64,000 nt of DNA from a virus: the IMG/VR virus record IMGVR_UViG_3300025769_010106, positions 32,001-96,000 of that record. One strand, written 5' to 3'. The position numbers and the translations under genes are program-made. Shown here piece by piece: positions 24,792 through 33,812 of the stretch; the first letter of the stretch is position 1, and every line of letters begins with the position of its first letter. Under the pieces are notes generated by a model. The model made no database searches and was not told where the DNA came from. It saw nothing but the letters and a program-made list of their open reading frames with translations.

Positions 24792-26011
24792 GACTTTCTG
24801 CCAGCTCCCATAGCTATAGCAATAGGCGTGTGTGTTTCTAGAAAACTTTCATTTCTGAATTCGTCTGCCTTTTTCATCAACCTTACAAATTTTTCACCAT
24901 CACCAGTTGGACCATTTTTTATAAATTGTATTATTTTTTTTATTTCGTCTCTGTGTTGAGGAGGGAAATGATCCTGAGTTAGCCTATTAATAACTAAGTC
25001 TTTTGCTGCTTTAGTCATCTCACCTATATTCATATGCCTAGGGTCATGTAGCATATTAAAGTGATCGTAATCAAAATTCTGTTTTGAAACCCAGTCACAA
25101 AGATCCTTTAAATAGTAAACGTTTTGAGCGTTTATTGTCATACAAATTTGTAGTTGAATATTATCATTCTGCTCTCTTAAAATTTTAAACTTTTTGATAT
25201 TTTCCTGTACCTGCTCCCAATCAGCACCATATCGTTCAAGTTCAAATCGTTTACCTACGTTATCAATACTAAATGCTATTTCCACATACTTAAATTGTTT
25301 CCAAAGATCTATATGCTGTTCAGGATAGTGTGTGCCATTTGTATTATAATGTATTTCTATATTTTTTGCCAGATCCAGATCAACAGCCCGTTGTAGGAGA
25401 TTGAAGTGTTCCTGAATCATAAATGGTTCTCCGCCAGTAAATTCAAAGTGACGAATATTTGGTAGTATAGTTTCCATATGCTCCCAAAAAATGTCACTTT
25501 CCCTAGGCCATCTTCCTTGCTTTAACCACGTATGTGCAATATTAAATTTAGTATCTGCCTTCCATTCTTTTTTATGATATTCAATTTCTTCTGCTGCCCA
25601 TTTGCTACTACTCCAACTGCCGCATATGCGACATTTAAGGTTACATATGTTACCCAACTTTAAATCTAAAAACCAAATATCTTCAGGTTGAATGTTACTG
25701 TAATCTATTTTTTCACGTTCGTGTTTAAAACGTATGTCTGTATTCATACGCTTACTGGTTCTTCCAGCATCCTCTTCGTCCCAACAACGTTGACATGTTT
25801 TAGGACGCTCACCTTTTAGAAATTGTTCACGTAAATCTTTCATATAGTCACTCTGAAAGATATCTTTTAGTGTATGTTCTTTAAGATCATATTTCTCGCC
25901 ATTTGGCTGGAGAATTTCATCTATAGCCATACAGCATGGACGAGTTGTGCCGAGTGGTGTTGTTTCTAAACTTACCCAGGGCAACATACATAAGGTTTTA
26001 GGGTTTTGCAC
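24782..26011 (-). CDS. N-terminal twitch-domain radical SAM protein 2
   Basis: CMLPW...PCC...CQRCW; CNLKCRIC; GGEP; YNTNG. Confidence 0.9.
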   Translation of the reverse strand: MQNPKTLCMLPWVSLETTPLGTTRPCCMAIDEILQPNGEKYDLKEHTLKDIFQSDYMKDLREQFLKGERPKTCQRCWDEEDAGRTSKRMNTDIRFKHEREKIDYSNIQPEDIWFLDLKLGNICNLKCRICGSWSSSKWAAEEIEYHKKEWKADTKFNIAHTWLKQGRWPRESDIFWEHMETILPNIRHFEFTGGEPFMIQEHFNLLQRAVDLDLAKNIEIHYNTNGTHYPEQHIDLWKQFKYVEIAFSIDNVGKRFELERYGADWEQVQENIKKFKILREQNDNIQLQICMTINAQNVYYLKDLCDWVSKQNFDYDHFNMLHDPRHMNIGEMTKAAKDLVINRLTQDHFPPQHRDEIKKIIQFIKNGPTGDGEKFVRLMKKADEFRNESFLETHTPIAIAMGAGRKSWL

Positions 26012-27326
26012 GAGCCGGCTCCAGTTCAGGAAAAGTTTTCCAGAAGTCTTCTTTTCTGAAGTTATCTAATTTTGCTACTTCAAATTCAAATCTTTCCCAG
26101 TTTTTTTCATAATTATCCTTAGCATTTAAGAAACTTATTACACCTTCTAAACCAGTTGATGCCCTGTTAAGTGAATCTTGAGGTCTTAACCATTCAATAT
26201 GCTTCCTATATGCAGGTTCAATAACTTCCTTCTTAAACCAAGTTGGGAATATATCTATTCTGTACCAATCAGGACTTTGACATATATTAATATTTAAGTC
26301 TTTAGGTTGTATGAACCCACGCTCTACCCAATCACGATGAAAATCAAGCACATGTAATACATTTTGACTTGTAATAGTTGCACTAATATAGAAGTCTATA
26401 TGTGGAACTTCTTCAATCATTCTCTGTCTGTTTTCTTCTGTTTTTTTCCACACGGCACCCTTGCGTATTAGTTCCCCTTGTTTGCCCATTCCGTCTAGAC
26501 TTGCACCAATACTAACATTATTAAAGTGTTTCCAATACTCTATGACATGTTTGTCTTTATATCTAAGTTCACTAAAGTTAGTGTTATATAGTAAACGTAC
26601 ATTTGTCTTTCCATGCTCGATAAGTTTTTCAAGTAGATAATAATGCTCTTTCATTATAAGCGGTTCGCCGCCTGCAAAATATACTTGTTCTAAGTATGGT
26701 ATATGCTTTTCCATTTGAGCGATCATACCATCTTCATCACCAGTCGTATATTCAACTCTTGCCATATCTCTGCCAAGTACATCTGGTTTGACACCATAGA
26801 GTCCTATATAATCCTCATACCAATTACTACTAAAAATAGGGCCACAACTTCTACATTTAAAATTACAGAGGTTACTAAACCTAACATCCCAGTATCTTAT
26901 TTTAAACTCATCATGGTTACCATCTTGACTTGTTTTATCAAGGTCCTTGATTAAATGACCATAGTTACGATTAGCATCATTACGCATACTGAAGAAACCA
27001 TTTTCTTCTTGTTCATAACATTTACCACATTCAACACAAGTATTTTCTTCCATCATGTTCTTGCGTAATCTTTTATAACCTTCTTGATTCCAAACTTCCT
27101 CCATTGTATTCTTTCTTAGATCACCAACTGGATGCCAGTAATCAGCAAAACAACAGGGATATGCTCTGCCGTCCGGAAACGCATGCATATGTACCCATGG
27201 AAGCATACAGAATCGTTTGCTCTCAATGAGTTTAAATTTTTCGTCTTCAGTTAATTTTTCTAATTCAATGAAGTGTGGTTTACGTTCATCATATTTGAAA
27301 TTTTTGTAAAAGTCCTTGTTAGACAT
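25998..27326 (-). CDS. N-terminal twitch-domain radical SAM protein 3
   Basis: CMLPW...PCC...CGKCY; CNFKCRSC; GGEP. Confidence 0.9.
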   Translation of the reverse strand: MSNKDFYKNFKYDERKPHFIELEKLTEDEKFKLIESKRFCMLPWVHMHAFPDGRAYPCCFADYWHPVGDLRKNTMEEVWNQEGYKRLRKNMMEENTCVECGKCYEQEENGFFSMRNDANRNYGHLIKDLDKTSQDGNHDEFKIRYWDVRFSNLCNFKCRSCGPIFSSNWYEDYIGLYGVKPDVLGRDMARVEYTTGDEDGMIAQMEKHIPYLEQVYFAGGEPLIMKEHYYLLEKLIEHGKTNVRLLYNTNFSELRYKDKHVIEYWKHFNNVSIGASLDGMGKQGELIRKGAVWKKTEENRQRMIEEVPHIDFYISATITSQNVLHVLDFHRDWVERGFIQPKDLNINICQSPDWYRIDIFPTWFKKEVIEPAYRKHIEWLRPQDSLNRASTGLEGVISFLNAKDNYEKNWERFEFEVAKLDNFRKEDFWKTFPELEPARAKP

Positions 27327-28665
27327 TCTGATACCAATCCTTCAATTCTGGAAATACTGAGATTAAGTCCTTTTTTCTACGCACGTCATACTGACTATAA
27401 AACTTTTTAAAGTCATTGTGTAGTTTAGGCATTTCAAATGCTTCACTGTGCGGTGTTTCTACTGTACGCAAATATGTTACCAGTCGTTCCAACTGTCCTT
27501 GTTCAAACTGGTGCATGGGTGTACTACGGTTAAGAAACTTGGGTGCCCAGCGTTTGTATAGGTCTTCCAATTTATCAGCGTGACGATTGCGTATATCCAA
27601 TGGAAGTACTAGTGCCGACTGGAAACTTGGAAAGCGTAATATATTTAAACTGAATACTGCAAAATTATTCCCTAACAGTCTTCTTGTTTGTAATATTTGC
27701 TCGATTAGGTCTGGTAGTGTCTCCAAGCACAGCGCATTAACTGTCATCATGCAATGTGTGCCAACGCCTGCCTCACTCAATCTGCAAATATTTTCCCACC
27801 AATAGTCCCAATCTAATCCGTCACGTATATATTCTGCAGGCGCCCCTACTGCTTCACAACTGGTGTAAACATCCAAGCTAGGCAAGTAATTACGAGCATC
27901 AATTAGTCTGTCAATTAACTCACCCTTGCCTCCTAAGTTACTATTAATAGCAAGTTTGGTTTGGCTTTTGTCTGCGTTTGCTTTGAACCAATCTATTAAA
28001 CGCCACAAGTCTGCGCTCATTGTTGGCTCACCGCCGGTAACTCGTAGTTCACGTAATGTTTTATGTAAGTCTGTATCCCACCATTTAAAAAATGCTTCTA
28101 CGTAAGGATTTCTATCCTCCACCCCATAAAGCTGGCTACTACTATGAACGTGAGTAAAGTGGTTACGGCCATCACTAACAAGGCCCTTATAACTGCCATT
28201 TGTTTTTAGGTCCTTTACCCATGTGGTGCTAAAAGCAGGATTACAGTAACTACAAGCAAAATTGCAGGTACGATCAAATGCAATTTCGAGTGTACGGAGA
28301 TTGACGTCAATATCATGCGGGCTATTTCGTGCATCTTGTAATTCCTCATCAGTATATATCTTGCTCTTATATACACGGTCACTTATAAAATTAGGACCCA
28401 TATCTTCAATTTTCCAACAATACTCACAGCCGGTTGGACGCTCTCCACACTGCATTTGTCGCCGCTGTTCTTTTTTCTCTGGTGTATTGTGTAACAATTT
28501 TGGATTAGTTTCAACAGCAACAGGATCTACTTTATGTGGTAATGGATGATGGCAACTAGTAGTCATGCCAGATCCTAACCAGATAGTAGCATTATACCAT
28601 TTAGCACCACAAAAGGTCGGACTAAGTTTGTCTAGAACTTCCTGTTTATAAATTAAGTCATCCAT
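27319..28665 (-). CDS. N-terminal twitch-domain radical SAM protein 4
   Basis: CGAKW...SCHHP...CEYCW; CNFACSYC; GGEP. Confidence 0.9.
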   Translation of the reverse strand: MDDLIYKQEVLDKLSPTFCGAKWYNATIWLGSGMTTSCHHPLPHKVDPVAVETNPKLLHNTPEKKEQRRQMQCGERPTGCEYCWKIEDMGPNFISDRVYKSKIYTDEELQDARNSPHDIDVNLRTLEIAFDRTCNFACSYCNPAFSTTWVKDLKTNGSYKGLVSDGRNHFTHVHSSSQLYGVEDRNPYVEAFFKWWDTDLHKTLRELRVTGGEPTMSADLWRLIDWFKANADKSQTKLAINSNLGGKGELIDRLIDARNYLPSLDVYTSCEAVGAPAEYIRDGLDWDYWWENICRLSEAGVGTHCMMTVNALCLETLPDLIEQILQTRRLLGNNFAVFSLNILRFPSFQSALVLPLDIRNRHADKLEDLYKRWAPKFLNRSTPMHQFEQGQLERLVTYLRTVETPHSEAFEMPKLHNDFKKFYSQYDVRRKKDLISVFPELKDWYQNV

Positions 28666-30025
28666 TTGCTATATACCTACATTCATCCCAAAATTCTCTC
28701 ATCTCAGGAAATGTTTGTTCAAAGTTTGTGCCGCGGCGACGATCATGCTCACTAAAAAATCTATAAAAGTCTGCTCTGCGCGTGTCCACATCACTTACAT
28801 TATCCACACCCTGCATCCAGACTAGATCACGTCTCATCTTTAGTACTTCGTAGTCCTTAAATCCGTGCATCTCATCTAAATTTGATTCCATAAATTTTAT
28901 ACAGTCTTTAAGATATAACTGATATGCCGGAGTTAATATCTGCATACTTTGCCATTCAGGAGTATACAGTAATGGAGTATCAAACCAAATACGCTGATAA
29001 CTTTTGGTATAAGTCTTGCGAAGGTATAAAATATATTCTAGCAGTCTTTTCAAACTAATAATATTAAGATTACTCATAGTAATTATTAGAGTTAAACTAC
29101 TGCGATAGGGAATGTCGCGCACAAATCTTTCTATGCGTGACTTACAAAGTTCAAAGTCAAGTCCATGTCTAATATATTCAGCCTGTGCACCCCAGGTATC
29201 TAAGCTAACAAACTGCATGAAGTGTTCAATCTTTTCACCCTGTGTAAGCTGATGTATATAACCCATATAGTTTTCAAAAATATAATCATCTGTACTAAAG
29301 TTACTAGTAGTGTTTAAATGCAAATCTTTTTTAGGATTATCAAGCACATAATCAAACACACGATAGGTATTTGGATCCATGGTAGGTTCGCCACCAGTCA
29401 TACGAAAATGTTTTAGGTCTTTGTATAGATCAGGCCACCAACGCCAGAATGCTTCACGGTATGGATTGGCATCTTTATTGGGGATTGGTTTGCGTTCACC
29501 AATAAAATGTGCAGGATCATTATGTGGTGTGCTAGTAGGATAAGAACCATACTGCTTGGCTTCGCGTTCCCAGGTACTACTAAACTGTGGGCTACAATAA
29601 CTGCACTTCAAATTGCAAGCGTGATTAAAGTTAACTTCTACATAACTTGGATTTACATCTGCTTGTGGATTTGCTACAATATCAGCAAATGATTCCATAG
29701 CCCAGGGTTCACCACTGCGATAATGACGATCACTGATTGCGTTAGGTTGACTTTCAATATTCCAACAGTAGTTGCATTCAGTACACTTGACACCCTGTAT
29801 CATTTCAGCACGGCGCTCTTTCTTATGTGCAGTATTATGCAGGGCACTTGGATTGTCTGCAAGCGGCTCAACAGGAATGCGATGCAGTGGGGGATGGTAG
29901 CAACTATTGGTATGTCCGGTTGTTAAGTGTAGACTAACCTGTTTCCATTTAGCCAGGCAGAAACTATCGCTCACAGTAGCGAGTTTATACTTTGCTATAT
30001 TAGCATCAAAAAGGTAATCACTCAC
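28658..30025 (-). CDS. N-terminal twitch-domain radical SAM protein 5
   Basis: CLAKW...SCYHP...CNYCW; CNLKCSYC; GGEP. Confidence 0.9.
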   Translation of the reverse strand: MSDYLFDANIAKYKLATVSDSFCLAKWKQVSLHLTTGHTNSCYHPPLHRIPVEPLADNPSALHNTAHKKERRAEMIQGVKCTECNYCWNIESQPNAISDRHYRSGEPWAMESFADIVANPQADVNPSYVEVNFNHACNLKCSYCSPQFSSTWEREAKQYGSYPTSTPHNDPAHFIGERKPIPNKDANPYREAFWRWWPDLYKDLKHFRMTGGEPTMDPNTYRVFDYVLDNPKKDLHLNTTSNFSTDDYIFENYMGYIHQLTQGEKIEHFMQFVSLDTWGAQAEYIRHGLDFELCKSRIERFVRDIPYRSSLTLIITMSNLNIISLKRLLEYILYLRKTYTKSYQRIWFDTPLLYTPEWQSMQILTPAYQLYLKDCIKFMESNLDEMHGFKDYEVLKMRRDLVWMQGVDNVSDVDTRRADFYRFFSEHDRRRGTNFEQTFPEMREFWDECRYIANG

Positions 30026-30948
30026 CAGCCTTCGGCCTTTCTAATAACTTCTATTTCTGTAGTCATAGGATCGTATGCATGATAGGTTTGACTATAATAG
30101 TGCTTGAAGAATCTACTTTGTTCTGGTGTGTAATCAACGATTGGTAATTCAAGTTTACGTCTTAGTATAGCACCATATTCAGTAAAGTTTTCATCCCCAA
30201 TATCCCATTCTTCTTCCCAAATTCTATCCAAACTAGCAAAGTCTCTAACTTCATGCCAGTCCCAATCAGTACACATTAGTTTATATGTACCGTACCTAGC
30301 ACCATACATTGCCTCAAACCCATATTGTGCGTCAGCACCAACACTGTGCCAAACACAGAGCTTGTCAAAGTTTTTAGCATGTACCTGTTGCTTAAATTCT
30401 TCTACAGTAGGCTTGCGTCCTTTGTTAAGGCACATCTTAACGCCTTCTCTAAAACCAGCACGGAACGCATGTCTAGCACTACCATTAGGATATGTAGTAC
30501 TATAAACATTGTTCATTGCAAGATACTTGTCGTCAAAGCAAAACTCTACTACAGTTTCATCTGTACCGTCAGTTGCTTCATGTGTCTGCATATTATTAAC
30601 AAACTCACGTGTCCAGCAACTAAGTCCACCGTTGCCATACATAAGCCCGTTTATATTATTGCGAGCTTTCCAACGAAACACGCAATCAGCATATTCCTCT
30701 TTTATATCTAATACAAGATTGAAAAACGATTCATCAGGTATGTTGTCACCGTCTATGAGAACAAAGCGTTCTGTTTCACTTACTGCTGCCGCTGCTTTGT
30801 GTGCTGCATCACTTCCTTGCACACCATCCACACGTTTGGCCCAGGGAACCATATTTTGGATTTGAATCCAGAACTCTTCCTTTTTAGGTTCGTCAAATGA
30901 AAGATAGATGCAGTCTAGATCTGCAATATCAATTATTTGTCCAGCCAC
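30022..30948 (-). CDS. GT-A fold glycosyltransferase-like protein
   Basis: VLIDGD DxD motif after a nucleotide-binding N-terminus; YGNGG; AFRAGFREGVKM. Confidence 0.6.
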   Translation of the reverse strand: MAGQIIDIADLDCIYLSFDEPKKEEFWIQIQNMVPWAKRVDGVQGSDAAHKAAAAVSETERFVLIDGDNIPDESFFNLVLDIKEEYADCVFRWKARNNINGLMYGNGGLSCWTREFVNNMQTHEATDGTDETVVEFCFDDKYLAMNNVYSTTYPNGSARHAFRAGFREGVKMCLNKGRKPTVEEFKQQVHAKNFDKLCVWHSVGADAQYGFEAMYGARYGTYKLMCTDWDWHEVRDFASLDRIWEEEWDIGDENFTEYGAILRRKLELPIVDYTPEQSRFFKHYYSQTYHAYDPMTTEIEVIRKAEGW

Positions 30949-31163
30949 TCGTGCAACCTTGCTACATCTTGGTCACTGTCTATACATACACGAATACCAC
31001 GTGCATACACTGTGCGGTCTAGTTCATAGCTAGAACTAAATGACTGTTCACAAAACAATTTTAGCTCTGTGAATAGTTCTTGATTGTCTCTAAATTGAGC
31101 ATCATAAATTATATCACCTGAATTTGCCACATGTGGTAGAGGAACATATACTTCATTCTGCAT
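30933..31163 (-). CDS. Hypothetical small protein
   Basis: Operon-coupled; AAGGAG RBS. Confidence 0.6.
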   Translation of the reverse strand: MQNEVYVPLPHVANSGDIIYDAQFRDNQELFTELKLFCEQSFSSSYELDRTVYARGIRVCIDSDQDVARLHEWLDK

Positions 31164-31470
31164 TTTCTATCTCCTTTATACAAAAATATGGATTATTTTT
31201 TAATGTAATTGCTGGTGTGGCTTGCCAGTAAACATGGACGGCTGTATCTATATCAACGATTTTGCCATCCTGAACACGCTGTCTTATAGGATATACCAGT
31301 GTATCCTCTGATATAACGATATAGTCTTCAGTCCAGTGTTCAGCTTTATTTACATGACAATAGTTAATAATTTCACCAGTTTCTTTATTGTAGCGCAAAC
31401 GAACCTCAAGTTCAACCTTAGTGCGATTGCCTAATAATTCAACTATTAATTTTTTTAACTCTGTACTCAT
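31153..31470 (-). CDS. Hypothetical protein
   Basis: Operon-coupled. Confidence 0.65.
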   Translation of the reverse strand: MSTELKKLIVELLGNRTKVELEVRLRYNKETGEIINYCHVNKAEHWTEDYIVISEDTLVYPIRQRVQDGKIVDIDTAVHVYWQATPAITLKNNPYFCIKEIENAE

Positions 31471-32287
31471 ATCTATCTATCAATTCTGGAGTGCAAAATG
31501 TTTTATCGTAATAGTGGAATGGATACTGTTGTGCATATCCGCCTACAATTAAATCAAAATCGTCTGTTAGTGTCCATGATACAGCATCCTGCCAGCGCAT
31601 ACTATTCTTCCAGTTATTAATTGCCGGCTTCATATGTGTAAACGTCGGATAACTTAATTTATTTGAACAAGGTATTCCAAGATTTAACTGTGCTAGCGCA
31701 TAAAGAACATCAGTGTCAGGTTTGTCATAGATACTATACTCAAGAACACTGTCACGCAACTCAGCCCAATGGTGTATCGCCTGCTCAATAGCTCTACAGA
31801 AGCCCACACTAGTCCTACTGTACCTAAAATATGAAAACCCATTATAAGCATCATCAAGCTGATTGGCATCAAAAAACTTCCTGTAGTAACGTGTTTGGGC
31901 AATATTACCCTGGTAATCTCTTACACTATTAGTATAGCACACATCATTTAATCTACAACCGTTCCACCAGTGATCCAAACTGCGAGGAATAATCATGTCA
32001 CTTTCTACTTTAAATGTTTCCTTAAAGGGTGTAACATTTATAATCCATGCTTCGTTGTAGAAAGGTTCTGTGCGTGGTACTGTAATTATGTGATCAAATA
32101 TCTTACGTTGCTGTTCTGTAATAGTTGCCTCAGATTCAGCATCAACTACTACGGCAAATCTGTTGTGCTTACAAGTTGCCTTTACGCTTAGAGCAAGTAA
32201 GTAGGCGAGGTCAACATAGTTTGTTGCCTTACTGTTCTGTGCAAATGTTAGCCAACCCTGTGGCTCATCCTTGGGTTGCATACGCAT
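31439..32287 (-). CDS. GT8-like glycosyltransferase-fold protein
   Basis: TPFKETFKVESDM (DxD position), PDTDVLYALA, THMK; paralogue of the next gene. Confidence 0.55.
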   Translation of the reverse strand: MRMQPKDEPQGWLTFAQNSKATNYVDLAYLLALSVKATCKHNRFAVVVDAESEATITEQQRKIFDHIITVPRTEPFYNEAWIINVTPFKETFKVESDMIIPRSLDHWWNGCRLNDVCYTNSVRDYQGNIAQTRYYRKFFDANQLDDAYNGFSYFRYSRTSVGFCRAIEQAIHHWAELRDSVLEYSIYDKPDTDVLYALAQLNLGIPCSNKLSYPTFTHMKPAINNWKNSMRWQDAVSWTLTDDFDLIVGGYAQQYPFHYYDKTFCTPELIDRYEYRVKKINS

Positions 32288-33050
32288 CTAGTGCTCCGTA
32301 TATTTCTGGGTCCTGTAAACAGGCTTTGTTCATACAGTGTAAGTTTACGCCTTTGAGTTTAACAGCATTATACTTGTCACCGTCTTGATAGCGTATGCGT
32401 AGTTCATCACCTTTAGCAGAATAGATAGTGTCCATTGTGCTTAAACTACCCAGTGGATGATTAAAGTAAGTACCACTAGCATAGCCATTCATAAGCTGAT
32501 GTGCAATAGTTAGACTAAAGTCATTGCGATATTTGCCTGCTACAAATCCCCAAAACTTTGCGTAGTAACGCCAGTTGGTCTGTACGTTTTTCATCATTTC
32601 AAATATATTATGGGCTAGGTCGCACTTGCGAAAGTAAACGACCGTAGCCCATAACATTGGATGGCCGGCCCTGGTCATCCTTTGATCGTTACGGAAACTA
32701 TTTGTGGAGGTAACATCCCATACACGATCATAACATAAAAACTCATTTGCACTACCAAAGTACTGTTTTAGATTATCATTAAACGTAAGGTAGTCTACGT
32801 CTATTAAGAGTGTTTCATCATAAGGGCTTAAATCATATGCCAGTGTTCTATCACTGTTATACCATGGCACTGTAACAACTTGACCATCATGCCAGCGGAA
32901 CGCTCTAGTATTGCCTGGCTGTGCTTCACCTACATGTATGTGTGTTTCAATGTCTAAATGTTTTTCTACAAGTTTTGCCGCTAGGTTAGCAAAACCCGTA
33001 TAGTCTATTGTTTCATGTGGTGTAGCAAGTAAGAGTGCGCCCTTACTCAT
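32265..33050 (-). CDS. GT8-like glycosyltransferase-fold protein
   Basis: SPYDETLLIDVDY, WATVVYF, YRNDFSLTIA, HCMNK. Confidence 0.6.
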   Translation of the reverse strand: MSKGALLLATPHETIDYTGFANLAAKLVEKHLDIETHIHVGEAQPGNTRAFRWHDGQVVTVPWYNSDRTLAYDLSPYDETLLIDVDYLTFNDNLKQYFGSANEFLCYDRVWDVTSTNSFRNDQRMTRAGHPMLWATVVYFRKCDLAHNIFEMMKNVQTNWRYYAKFWGFVAGKYRNDFSLTIAHQLMNGYASGTYFNHPLGSLSTMDTIYSAKGDELRIRYQDGDKYNAVKLKGVNLHCMNKACLQDPEIYGALDAYATQG

Positions 33051-33447
33051 TAATACGTTTCCTTAAATCACTTGTACTAAAACGATGCTCTCTTTTATTA
33101 AAATAAAATTCTATACCTCGTTTTGCACATATGGCTCTTCCAGTAAACTTTCCATCTCTATATTCTTCGCCAAGTATACGAACATTAATATGATACATTG
33201 ACAAAATATCTTCTAAATCCTGTTCAGTGCAGTAGGGAACAATTTCGTCTACGTATCTTACTCCCTTTAGTTGTGTATAACGTTCAACCACAGTTTGAAC
33301 TGGCTTGTTCTTTTCCGGTCTATCAATACTAGGATCAACCTGTAATCCGCATATTAGGTAATCGCATTGTTCTTTTGCTTCACGTAACATTTGCACATGG
33401 CCAGCATGTAAAAGATCAAACGCAGATGCTGTAAATCCTACTCTCAT
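33043..33447 (-). CDS. Cytidylyltransferase (TagD/glycerol-3-phosphate cytidylyltransferase-like)
   Basis: FDLLHAGH (HxGH), ER...YVDE, RFSTSDLR. Confidence 0.88.
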   Translation of the reverse strand: MRVGFTASAFDLLHAGHVQMLREAKEQCDYLICGLQVDPSIDRPEKNKPVQTVVERYTQLKGVRYVDEIVPYCTEQDLEDILSMYHINVRILGEEYRDGKFTGRAICAKRGIEFYFNKREHRFSTSDLRKRINE

Positions 33448-33770
33448 AGTTGTTCTACACGTCTAACCTTTTTTAATTCAGCATGCTGATTGTGCCAATC
33501 GTTCATTACTTCGTACCAGCGTTGTCTACATTGTACTAACATGTCACAAGCATCTGTAATCTTTACTGGATTATCGTAGTCGTCTACGAGATATAGCAGT
33601 TCATCTGCTGGCCATGTTGCTAGTAGAGACATTAGTTCTACTGTAACTTTAAACTGTCCACCATCATATGTGATAGTGAGACGCTGTTCCTGTTGTTCTT
33701 TAAGAGCCAAGCGTTGACGATTGTGGTCAAGACGCTGGCGTGCGAATTGTTCGAATGTTTCTAAGGTCAT
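33444..33770 (-). CDS. Hypothetical protein, first gene of the tailoring operon (probably leaderless)
   Basis: ATG 33770 lies 7 nt after the -10 box; the track's 33806 start is the TTG of the -35 box. Confidence 0.65.
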   Translation of the reverse strand: MTLETFEQFARQRLDHNRQRLALKEQQEQRLTITYDGGQFKVTVELMSLLATWPADELLYLVDDYDNPVKITDACDMLVQCRQRWYEVMNDWHNQHAELKKVRRVEQL

Positions 33771-33777
33771 GTAAGAT

Positions 33778-33806
33778 AGTATAACAGGGCTATATAGCCC
33801 TGTCAA
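33778..33806 (-). promoter_or_regulatory. sigma70 promoter TTGACA-N17-TATACT with a 20-bp perfect palindrome
   Basis: Minus strand TTGACA GGGCTATATAGCCCTGT TATACT; ACAGGGCTATATAGCCCTGT at 33784-33803 is self-complementary. Confidence 0.8.
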
Positions 33807-33812
33807 TTACTA

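Noticed and set aside
22952-30025. Radical SAM genes as MoaA, PqqE, anaerobic sulfatase maturase or viperin
   Set aside because: The auxiliary Cys domain is N-terminal, and no moaC, pqq, sulfatase or RRE partner is present
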